Below are positions 26,827 through 34,378 of a stretch of 64,000 nucleotides of DNA, piece by piece. The stretch's first letter is position 1, and each line of letters begins with the position of its first letter. The stretch is from Acidobacteriota bacterium (GTDB lineage Bacteria; Acidobacteriota; Blastocatellia; Pyrinomonadales; Pyrinomonadaceae). A program made the translations under genes and the position numbers. Where the stretch lies: NCBI GenBank assembly GCA_032159825.1, contig JAVHWL010000011.1, forward strand, positions 84,003-148,002. Reading direction: 5' to 3'. The notes under the pieces are model-generated. The model did no database searches and was not told the origin of the DNA. It saw only the letters and a program-made list of their open reading frames with translations.

Positions 26827-28257
26827 ATGTTCTCTCGTCCCAAGAGTCGAACGCGGTTAGTGCTGGCGATGCTGGCGGGCATTGTGCTGCTCGCGGGTCT
26901 CTTCGCAGTCGCTCTATTCATTCTTGCGCCGGATGCGGCTTCGGCGCGTGGGCCGGTCCTGCTCACAGTCTTCATCATCATTCTCGTCGTCAGTCTTCTT
27001 TCCGTCACCCTGCTCTTGCGCCGCCTGCTCAGACCTTACAGGCAGTTGGTCGGCGAGGCGGAGCGCGCTCCCGTCGCGGCACGCTCGAATAAAGGGCGCG
27101 ATGAGGGACAGTTTGTGCTTGAGACTTTCAAGTCAGTCGTCGCGCAGTTGCAGGCGCAGCAGCGGGAGCTTGAGGCGTTGAGCGCAGAGGCCAGCCGACG
27201 CGCGGCTTCGGCAGAAAAGTTCAGCGAGCGAATCGTCGCCAGTGTTCCGTCAGGTCTTCTGGCTTTCGACGCGAGCGGGCGTGCGACTGTGGTCAACGCT
27301 CCGGCGCGCGCGCTTGTTGAAGCCAACGGTCAAGCCGAAGGTCGGAGCGTTCGTGAGTTGCTTGGAGCTGCGCCCGATCTGGCGGAGATGGTCGAGCGTT
27401 GTTTGCAGACGGGAGAGGTTTACAGGCGCGAAGAGGTGATGGCGAACGGCGCAAACGGGCAGGTGCGGCGATTGGGCGCAACCGTTGCTCCGATTGATCC
27501 CGCTCCAGACCAGACAGAGCGCGGCGCACTCTGTCTCGTTACGGACTTGACGGAGGTCTCGCAACTGCGTGAGCAGGTCGCGCTCAAGAATAATCTGGAG
27601 AGCCTGGGCGAGATGTCCGCCGGGCTTGCTCACGAATTCAAGAATGCGCTGGCGACGTTGCACGGCTACGCGCAACTGATGCAGAACCTCAAACCGGGCG
27701 AGAGCGGGCAGACGGCTTCAAGCGCGTTGCTTCAGGAAGTGCGTAACCTTTCAGAGATGGTGACAGCCTTTCTCAACTTCGCGCGCCCGCAGCCGCTCGA
27801 CCTGGCGGATGTGTCCTTGCGCGAGCTAATCGAAGATTGCGCGAAGGAGTTACAGGCGCTTTACGAGGAGCGGCGCGTTGAGCTAATCATCGCGGGCGAC
27901 TTCTCGGACGTGCGCGCGGACGAGCGCATGCTGCGTCAGGCACTGCTCAATCTCTTGCGGAACGCTGCCGAAGCAGTTAGCGAAGAAGATTCGCGGCGGC
28001 GCGTTACGGTGCGCGGCACAAGCAACCGCGATGCATCTGGAAAAGTCTGGACGGCAATCGAGATTCAGGATACAGGAGAGGGTATCCGGCCCAATGATCT
28101 GCAACGCATCTTCATCCCCTTCTTCACCACGAAATCGAAAGGTCATGGAGTCGGCCTCGCCCTCGCGCACCGCGTCGTCACAGATCACGGCGGCACACTC
28201 GCGGCAGCCAATGCTCCTGACGGCGGCGCACTTTTTACGATTAGATTACCGGAGTAA
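26827..28257 (+). CDS. Membrane sensor histidine kinase (PAS, HisKA, HATPase)
   Basis: Two N-terminal TM segments, H-box LAHEFKNALATL, N-box LLNLLRNAAEA and G-boxes DTGEGI / GHGVGL. Confidence 0.85.
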   Translation: MFSRPKSRTRLVLAMLAGIVLLAGLFAVALFILAPDAASARGPVLLTVFIIILVVSLLSVTLLLRRLLRPYRQLVGEAERAPVAARSNKGRDEGQFVLETFKSVVAQLQAQQRELEALSAEASRRAASAEKFSERIVASVPSGLLAFDASGRATVVNAPARALVEANGQAEGRSVRELLGAAPDLAEMVERCLQTGEVYRREEVMANGANGQVRRLGATVAPIDPAPDQTERGALCLVTDLTEVSQLREQVALKNNLESLGEMSAGLAHEFKNALATLHGYAQLMQNLKPGESGQTASSALLQEVRNLSEMVTAFLNFARPQPLDLADVSLRELIEDCAKELQALYEERRVELIIAGDFSDVRADERMLRQALLNLLRNAAEAVSEEDSRRRVTVRGTSNRDASGKVWTAIEIQDTGEGIRPNDLQRIFIPFFTTKSKGHGVGLALAHRVVTDHGGTLAAANAPDGGALFTIRLPE

Positions 28258-28265
28258 TGGCAAGG

Positions 28266-28599
28266 CAGATTAAACGCAGAGGACGCGGAGGGTCGCAGAG
28301 GGAAGAAGGGATTTGAAATTCAGAAGCTAAGAAGTTGTTTGAACATTCTCTGAAAGCCCCGAAGGGGCGCAATGTAATAGCCTGTGGCAACGCCACAGGA
28401 ACCGACGTTGCGTTATTTCATTAAGCCCTGAAAGGGCGACATAAGCATGTCCACCCAGGGCGTTGCCCTGGGCTATTACATGTCGCCCCTTTGGGGCTTT
28501 CATGGACTTTTCAATCAGCCTTCTCAGATTTGAGATTGCTCTGCTGCCTTCCTTCTCTCTTCCCTCTGCGTCCTCCGCGTCCTCTGTGGTGAACTGCTC
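28266..28599. repeat. Composite CACAGAG-family hairpin whose loop hosts the nested-palindrome element
   Basis: Left arm cagattaaacgcagaggacgcggagggtcgcagagggaagaagg pairs with right arm ccttccttctctcttccctctgcgtcctccgcgtcctctgtggtgaactgctc. The inner gatttgaaattcagaa and tcagatttgagatt motifs are split by the insert. Confidence 0.75.
28352..28501. repeat. MITE-like nested-palindrome element, copy B (shorter)
   Basis: Termini gaaagccccgaaggggcgcaatgtaatagcc and ggctattacatgtcgcccctttggggctttc. It shares tgtggcaacgccaca, agccctgaaagggcga and cccagggcgttgccctgg modules with copy A. Confidence 0.8.
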
Positions 28600-30371
28600 T
28601 ACTTCTCCCAACCCGCTCCATGCGGGAAATATTCTCGCCAGCGGCTGTCAACAAGCCTTGCAACATCAGGGCGAACAATCAACTCCGCCGGGAAGCCAGG
28701 CTTCATCCGAGCATCTATCACGATGGGCGCGCGGTAGGCTAGATGATGACGCACAACTTTCGTCTCCGCCGCATAGATGTCTGACGCAGGCTCAAAGCGC
28801 GTCCACGTCGCCCAGAGGAAATCTGCCGGTCTATTCGCAACGCTCGCATCGTCGTGCAGAACGACAAGCGGCCATTCTGCGAAAACATCTTCCCGCGCAA
28901 GCCTGCCAGCTTGCTCGGTGTCTTCCGCGTAAGGCAATCCTTCGACGACCAGGCAGCCCGCGCAGAAAGTTGCCGCTCGTTTGACATCACGCGGCAATTC
29001 TCCTTTGAACTCGCGCGGCAACTCGCGCCGGGCGTCTCCTAAGCCGAGCAGGATAGCTTTGCTTCCTTCGTTCACCTTGCCGCTCGTGTAATCGAGCGTG
29101 TCCATAGAGACGTTTGAGAAGATGAACAGGTCTGTCTCAGGAACAAAGCGCGCCAGCACGTGCTCAAGCAGCTTTGGGAAATCTCTGAGGTCCTGCGGCG
29201 TATCGGTCAGGATCAGGAATTTTGTTAGCGAGAGTTGTCCTTCACCCAGGATTCTAAAACCTGAGACCAGAGCCTCGCGTTTGTATCGCTCGCGCACGAC
29301 TGCCGCCGCCAGCGAGTGAAAGCCCGTCTCGCCATAAGACCAGAGGTCGCGCACGCTCGGCATGACGAGCGGAAAAAGCGGCGAGAGAAGTTTCTGCAAG
29401 TAGTCGCCGATGAAGAAATCTTCCTGTCTGGGTTTGCCGACGACGGTCGCAGGATAGATGGCATCGCGGCGATGAAAGACAGCCTCGACTTGGAATGTCG
29501 GGTAGTCGTGCCGCAAAGAATAGTAGCCGTAGTGATCGCCGAACGGCCCTTCCGCTCTTCTCTCAAAGGGCGGGACGTTTCCGACTAAAGCAAACTCCGC
29601 TTCGGCAACGAGCCTGTGCCCGCGCCCCAGCGGATTTTTCGTCATGGAGACTTTTTCGCCTGCCAGCACTGAAGCCAGCACAAGCTCCGGCACGTCTTCC
29701 GGCAGAGGCGCAATCGCAGCGAGTATCAAGGCGGGCGGCCCGCCAAGAAAGACCGTGGCGGGCAGCGACTGATTCATGCGCTCGGCTTCGTTGTAGTGAA
29801 AGCCGCCGCCTTTGTGTATCTGCCAGTGCAGCCCGGTCGCGTGCGCGTCGTAGCGTTGCATACGGTACATGCCCAGGTTGTGCTTACCAGTTGCCGGGTG
29901 CTCCGTGTAAACGAGCGGGAGCGTGAAGAAAGGCCCACCGTCTTCCTGCCAAGTCGTCAGGACAGGCAGCTCATCAAGACGCGCAGGCTTGTCCATGACT
30001 TGCGTGACGGGCGCGCGGCTGGTGTTGCGTGTGCCGAGCTTGAGAGCTTCGAGGGCAAGCGAGCGATGCTGCCAGAGCTTTGCCGGGCGCGGCGGAAGGA
30101 GAGCTTCGGCAACATGCACGACTTCCCGCACGAGGGCTTCGGGCTTAGGGCCGAAGGCGCGCTCGATGCGCCGCTCCGTGCCGAAGAGATTTGTGACTAC
30201 GGGGTAGCGGCTGCCCTTGACGTTCTTGAAAAGCAGCGCGGGGCCTCCGCGCTCGATGACGCGGCGATGGACTTCGGCGAGTTCGAGATAGGAGTCAACT
30301 TCCGCTTCGATAGTGGCGAGGTCGTTTTCGCGTTCGAGGAGGTCTAGGAATGAGCGGAGGTTCGGGTGCAT
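28599..30371 (-). CDS. UbiD-family (prenylated-FMN dependent) decarboxylase
   Basis: Begins MHPNLRSFLDLLERENDLATIEAEVD, then GGPALLFKNVKGS and LGMYRMQ. Start taken at ATG 30371. The ORF-track extension was rejected. Confidence 0.85.
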   Translation of the reverse strand: MHPNLRSFLDLLERENDLATIEAEVDSYLELAEVHRRVIERGGPALLFKNVKGSRYPVVTNLFGTERRIERAFGPKPEALVREVVHVAEALLPPRPAKLWQHRSLALEALKLGTRNTSRAPVTQVMDKPARLDELPVLTTWQEDGGPFFTLPLVYTEHPATGKHNLGMYRMQRYDAHATGLHWQIHKGGGFHYNEAERMNQSLPATVFLGGPPALILAAIAPLPEDVPELVLASVLAGEKVSMTKNPLGRGHRLVAEAEFALVGNVPPFERRAEGPFGDHYGYYSLRHDYPTFQVEAVFHRRDAIYPATVVGKPRQEDFFIGDYLQKLLSPLFPLVMPSVRDLWSYGETGFHSLAAAVVRERYKREALVSGFRILGEGQLSLTKFLILTDTPQDLRDFPKLLEHVLARFVPETDLFIFSNVSMDTLDYTSGKVNEGSKAILLGLGDARRELPREFKGELPRDVKRAATFCAGCLVVEGLPYAEDTEQAGRLAREDVFAEWPLVVLHDDASVANRPADFLWATWTRFEPASDIYAAETKVVRHHLAYRAPIVIDARMKPGFPAELIVRPDVARLVDSRWREYFPHGAGWEK

Positions 30372-30464
30372 GTGGTGTGTGAGCAGTATAGCCGGATTAG
30401 TTGTGTGTGTGACAAGGGAAGATTGGCTGCAACTGAATCTCAACTTACCTTATTGTTTGTTAGA

Positions 30465-30510
30465 GAGCAGTTCACCACAGAGACACAGAGGACACAGAGG
30501 GGGCACAGAG
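30465..30510. repeat. CACAGAG-family arm, left inverted repeat flanking the GxxExxY gene
   Basis: Sequence is gagcagttcaccacagagacacagaggacacagagggggcacagag. Its reverse-complement partner is at 30893-30936, with about 3 mismatches in 44 nt. Confidence 0.8.
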
Positions 30511-30948
30511 TTAGAGGATTTTACGGCGGATGCCTTGCTTGAGGACGGCGACGTTGAAGTTGATGAGGAGGCCGACGTGCCAGCCGCCGAGTCTGAGATA
30601 GGTTAGAAGCTGAGCTTCGTGGATAGGCGCGAGGGCTTCGACCGATTTGACTTCGACGACTACCGAACCGGCAACAAGCAGATCGAGCCTGTAGCCACAT
30701 TCCAAGCGAATCCCCTTGTACTCCAACGGCAGCGGCTTCTCACGCTCAAAAGCCACGCCGCGCACGCTCAACTCACGACACAAACACTCACAATATGCAG
30801 ACTCCAACAATCTCGGCCCAAGTGTTCTATGAATCTCAATCGCCGCCCCAATAATCGCTTCAGTAACCTTGTTGATTTGAGGAATCAACTTTCTGTGCCC
30901 CCTCTGCGCTCTCTGTGTCTCTGTGGTGAACTGCTCTTTATCCAACAC
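30511..30948 (-). CDS. GxxExxY-family protein (PD-(D/E)XK nuclease superfamily)
   Basis: Contains [53 protein letters not shown] and GLLINFN. The first 20 or so codons ([18 protein letters not shown]) are encoded by the right repeat arm, so the true start is uncertain. Confidence 0.8.
   Translation of the reverse strand: MLDKEQFTTETQRAQRGHRKLIPQINKVTEAIIGAAIEIHRTLGPRLLESAYCECLCRELSVRGVAFEREKPLPLEYKGIRLECGYRLDLLVAGSVVVEVKSVEALAPIHEAQLLTYLRLGGWHVGLLINFNVAVLKQGIRRKIL
30893..30936. repeat. CACAGAG-family arm, right inverted repeat flanking the GxxExxY gene
   Basis: Sequence is ctgtgccccctctgcgctctctgtgtctctgtggtgaactgctc. Confidence 0.8.
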
Positions 30949-30967
30949 GCATGCAAAGTCAAAACTA

Positions 30968-31582
30968 CTATGGAGCAGTATTTTGCTCTACCTGCCTTGG
31001 ACGTGTCGAATTATTAGGCGGTGTTTGTCCGAGGCGTTGTTCAATTTCTCTTGCAGCTAGGTTCGCGGCTTCGGCAATTTTCGGGTCAAACGATTCAGAG
31101 TAGGGCTTGATGCGTTCTAGCGTTTCCGCGTTTCCGATTTTGGCTAAGACTTCGAGGAGCTTGACCTGCGTGTTGCCGTTCATGCGTTCGAGGAAGAGGT
31201 AGAGCGGCTCAGGATTGTCGAGAGTGATGAGATAGGCGTTGGCCTGTGTGCTGCGCGAAGAATCGAGCGCGCGGACGACCGCGAAGAGAGCCTCTGTTTT
31301 CCCCATTCGATAGAGCGCCCAGTCGAGAGCTAATTTAACGCGCGCGTTCTTTTCCTGAAGACGGTAGCCCTCGATGAGCCTGCGCTGGTCTGCGGCTTCG
31401 AGCCGTGCCAACTCCTCGGCAGCCTGTTGGCGAAGGAGCGGATCACGACTCGTTAATTGTTTCGCGGCAACTGCGGCGGGGTCTTCCGCGTTCGTCGTCT
31501 CTTGATTTGTCTGGGCAGAGGCGACTGCTGAGGCGCAGGCTATGACGAGCAGGAGGGTGAATGTCTGTTTGAGAAGTTTCAT
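30968..31582 (-). CDS. Secreted HEAT-like repeat protein
   Basis: Signal peptide [24 protein letters not shown] from ATG 31582, with a ggag RBS. The body consists of helical repeats. Confidence 0.5.
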   Translation of the reverse strand: MKLLKQTFTLLLVIACASAVASAQTNQETTNAEDPAAVAAKQLTSRDPLLRQQAAEELARLEAADQRRLIEGYRLQEKNARVKLALDWALYRMGKTEALFAVVRALDSSRSTQANAYLITLDNPEPLYLFLERMNGNTQVKLLEVLAKIGNAETLERIKPYSESFDPKIAEAANLAAREIEQRLGQTPPNNSTRPRQVEQNTAP

Positions 31583-31743
31583 AAGTTCTCCGTGAATCTT
31601 AGCGGGTGGCTCACACGCGCGGTTGGATGCGCTTCTCGTAAAGCAGTGTTGCACGGCTGGCGCATTTCATTGAAACGCGCCTCAGAAGCTCCATTAGGAG
31701 CGATTGAGGCGCGTGCTCCTAACGGGGCTTTTGAATGCTTCGA

Positions 31744-32040
31744 CTAATCAACATCCATCGGGTTGATGAAAGGTTTATCTTTATCCTTCTCGGCGCGCTT
31801 CATCGCCTCCTGGAATTTCTCTTCAAGCAATCGCTCGCGATCTTTTTGCGAGCCAAGCTCCTGCTGGAATATCTGCTCGCGCATCTGCTTCTGCTTGTCC
31901 AGGCCCTTGAGCATTTCGTCAAACGACGCCATCGGTTTCGCCTTCTCTTCATGCGAGAGGATCGCCCCTGTTTGCGCGTCTATCATCAACGTCGCCTCGC
32001 AGCAGGGGCATATCAATGTGAATCGCTTTGTGTCCGTCAT
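31744..32040 (-). CDS. Small conserved hypothetical protein with a Cys-containing N-terminus and a Lys/Glu-rich tail
   Basis: 98-aa ORF with a CPCC motif and a charged helical C-terminus. Confidence 0.45.
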   Translation of the reverse strand: MTDTKRFTLICPCCEATLMIDAQTGAILSHEEKAKPMASFDEMLKGLDKQKQMREQIFQQELGSQKDRERLLEEKFQEAMKRAEKDKDKPFINPMDVD

Positions 32041-32118
32041 CGCCTACTCCTTCATCTCAATTATGATGTGGGAAGTATAGCATTAGAGTGATGTTCAGTT
32101 GTGTGTAGGGTGAGAAAT

Positions 32119-32214
32119 ATTCGCCACAGAGACACAGAGGACACAGAGGGGACACAGAGAAGCTAAAGCCTCTGTGCGTCCTCTATGCTGGCACTGTGTC
32201 TCTGTGGTGAATTG
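32119..32214. repeat. Hairpin element, CACAGAG family
   Basis: Left arm attcgccacagagacacagaggacacagaggggacacagagaag pairs with right arm cctctgtgcgtcctctatgctggcactgtgtctctgtggtgaattg. Confidence 0.75.
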
Positions 32215-32319
32215 CCTGCTACCCAACAACAACGTGAAATGAAATGCTCTCCTGTGCTCAAACAAAAAGGCAGCCGTTATCAACGGCTGCCCTGATTCTT
32301 GTAGCTTGAAAAATTCGGG

Positions 32320-32934
32320 TTAAGGCGTGACGGCGTTCTTGATCGCTTTGCCCGTCTTCTTTGCGCCTTCAACAGTCTTTTCGCCAACGGTCTTCGCGCC
32401 CTCGGCTGTCTTTTCACCGACGACCTTAGCGCCCTCGACGGTTTTTTCGCCGATCTTCTTCGCGCCTTCGCCGGTCTTCTCGCCTACAGTCTTAGCTCCC
32501 TCAACAGCCTTCCCGCCTATGTCCTTGGCCGTGCTTCCAACATCCCCGGCCTTGTCCGCGACGAATCCGGCTGCATCGGCGATGGCGTTGCCGGACTTTC
32601 TCAACACATCGTCCACGTCATCCGTATGGAGTTCTCTGGCTTCGCCTGAAGCGTTGTAAACTGTTGCTGCGCGCTTTCCTGCGCGGGTCGTGATGACGAC
32701 CTTCGAGATGCGCGGGTTATCTTTGTAGGTGCGCGTCTCGGTCGTGACGCCGTTTTCGTCTGTTGTGGTAGTTGTATATTCGGTGTTGGTAACGGGTTCT
32801 TCGACACCGGCCTTCGTGTTTGAGTTGGTCACGGTGGTGTTCGAGTTGGAATTGGTATTCGACGTGTCACCTCCGCAGCCCATCATCAAAGACAAAGCCA
32901 ACGCGGATGCGCCAATCATCAGCTTAATACGCAC
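32320..32934 (-). CDS. Lipoprotein with tandem GEKT-x-EGAK repeats
   Basis: GTG start at 32934, 9 nt after AGGAGG. Lipobox LSLMMGC. C-terminal repeats are VGEKTGEGAKKIGEKTVEGAKVVGEKTAEGAK. Confidence 0.6.
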   Translation of the reverse strand: MRIKLMIGASALALSLMMGCGGDTSNTNSNSNTTVTNSNTKAGVEEPVTNTEYTTTTTDENGVTTETRTYKDNPRISKVVITTRAGKRAATVYNASGEARELHTDDVDDVLRKSGNAIADAAGFVADKAGDVGSTAKDIGGKAVEGAKTVGEKTGEGAKKIGEKTVEGAKVVGEKTAEGAKTVGEKTVEGAKKTGKAIKNAVTP

Positions 32935-33114
32935 GTTCGTTTTCCTCCTGCAATAATTTGAGCCTAAGCATAACGCTATCCGCAACCAATGTGCCAGCAG
33001 CGGAAGAAGAAAAAGACTCAGGTTATAGACTGAAAAAGAGGGAAAGCGCACCCGAATGTGTACGCTTGCTGGTCGCTCACGTTTCTTTCCGATACGTAGA
33101 GCCGGAAAGATTTT

Positions 33115-33189
33115 TGGAGCGGGAGACGAGGCTCGAACTCGCGACCCCCTGGATGGGAACCAGGTGCTCTACCACTGAGCTACACCCGC
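33115..33189 (-). tRNA. tRNA-Gly (anticodon CCC), CCA encoded
   Basis: The reverse complement is gcgggtgtagctcagtggtagagcacctggTTCCCATccagggggtcgcgagttcgagcctcgtctcccgctcca. There is one U:U mismatch in the acceptor stem. Confidence 0.85.
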
Positions 33190-33195
33190 TCACAG

Positions 33196-33279
33196 AAATG
33201 ATGAATGCGGAATGATGAACGATGAATGAAAGATAAACGACTTTTCAGTTCATCGTTCATCATTCCGCGTTCATCACTT
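33196..33279. repeat. Heptad-arm hairpin, GATGAAY family
   Basis: Left arm aaatgatgaatgcggaatgatgaacgatgaatgaaag pairs with right arm cttttcagttcatcgttcatcattccgcgttcatcactt. Confidence 0.8.
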
Positions 33280-33346
33280 CGTTGACCTGGCAAAGATAAT
33301 CAAAGGGCGGTTGAGTGTCAACCGCGAGGCAGATCACGGTTCACGC

Positions 33347-33730
33347 TTAATCCATTGTGCCGCCGTCAATCAGTTTGCGTGCGACTTCACCGATGCGGGC
33401 GGTGTCTTCGGGCTTACGCAGGCAGCCCTGCGCTCCGGCTTTGTGAGCTTCGTTCTGATCCAGCAACTCTGCGAAGGCCGTGTAGAAGAGAATCGGCGTT
33501 GTCTGGTCGAAGCGGCGTATGTCACGGCATAGCTCAAGGCCATCCTTATCAGGCAGCCCGATGTCCAGAAGAATCAGCGCGAACGTTTTTGTGCGGGCAA
33601 GCGAGAGTCCCTCGTCAGCCGTCTGCGCGCTAATCACCGTGAAGCCATCACCCTGCAAGCTGAACTCAACCAGATCGCGTGTGTCCGCCGTGTCTTCCAC
33701 AAAAAGAATCTGGCGCGAAGCATTATCCAT
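33347..33730 (-). CDS. Stand-alone response-regulator receiver domain (CheY-like)
   Basis: Contains ILFVEDTADTRD, ILLDIGLPDKDG and a conserved K (LRKP). Start taken at ATG 33730, after a ggaggg RBS. The ORF-track extension reads through the hairpin. Confidence 0.85.
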   Translation of the reverse strand: MDNASRQILFVEDTADTRDLVEFSLQGDGFTVISAQTADEGLSLARTKTFALILLDIGLPDKDGLELCRDIRRFDQTTPILFYTAFAELLDQNEAHKAGAQGCLRKPEDTARIGEVARKLIDGGTMD

Positions 33731-33748
33731 CCCTCCAACCCCCTTTTC

Positions 33749-33835
33749 GGAACGATGAACGCGGAATGATGAATGATGAATTAAAGAAAGACCATTGCTT
33801 TTCAGTTCATCATTCATCATTCCGCGTTCATCGTT
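33749..33835. repeat. Heptad-arm hairpin, GATGAAY family
   Basis: Left arm ggaacgatgaacgcggaatgatgaatgatgaa pairs with right arm ttcatcattcatcattccgcgttcatcgttt. Confidence 0.8.
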
Positions 33836-34368
33836 TACATCATATACCGTCTCATCAACTCAGACCAACGTCCCTGCGCTTTGAGGATCAACTCGCAGAC
33901 TTCACGCACAGCGCCGAAGCCGCCTTGAAGCTGTGTGACGTAGTGCGCGACTCCGCGAGTCTCTCCAACCGCGTCGGCAACCGCGACGGCCAACTCCGAC
34001 CGCTGCATCAGAGGAATATCTGTCACGTCGTCGCCAATGAAAGCTACTTCCTTCTCATTAACATCTGCCTCAGCGAGTAGCTCCTCAAAATCCTTGATCT
34101 TGTTCCACGTTCCCTGCCGGACGTGTTTAATTCCAAGCTCGCTTGCGCGGCGTTTGACTAGAGATGAAGTGCGCCCCGAAATGATGCCTGATTGAAGTCC
34201 GGCGCGATGCAGCAGCACCAATCCATGCCCGTCGCGCGTGTGAAAGCTTTTCTCTTCGTCGCCGTTCTCAAGCAAGGTGATACGCCCGTCCGTCAAAACG
34301 CCGTCGCAATCCATCAAGAGCAGCTTGATGCGCGCGGCTCGCCTCTCTATCTCCGCCAGCTCATACAT
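33835..34368 (-). CDS. kdsC: KDO 8-phosphate phosphatase (HAD-IIIA)
   Basis: Contains LLLMDCDGVLTDG, GIISGR and FIGDDVTDIP. Confidence 0.85.
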   Translation of the reverse strand: MYELAEIERRAARIKLLLMDCDGVLTDGRITLLENGDEEKSFHTRDGHGLVLLHRAGLQSGIISGRTSSLVKRRASELGIKHVRQGTWNKIKDFEELLAEADVNEKEVAFIGDDVTDIPLMQRSELAVAVADAVGETRGVAHYVTQLQGGFGAVREVCELILKAQGRWSELMRRYMM

Positions 34369-34378
34369 CTCAGGTCGT

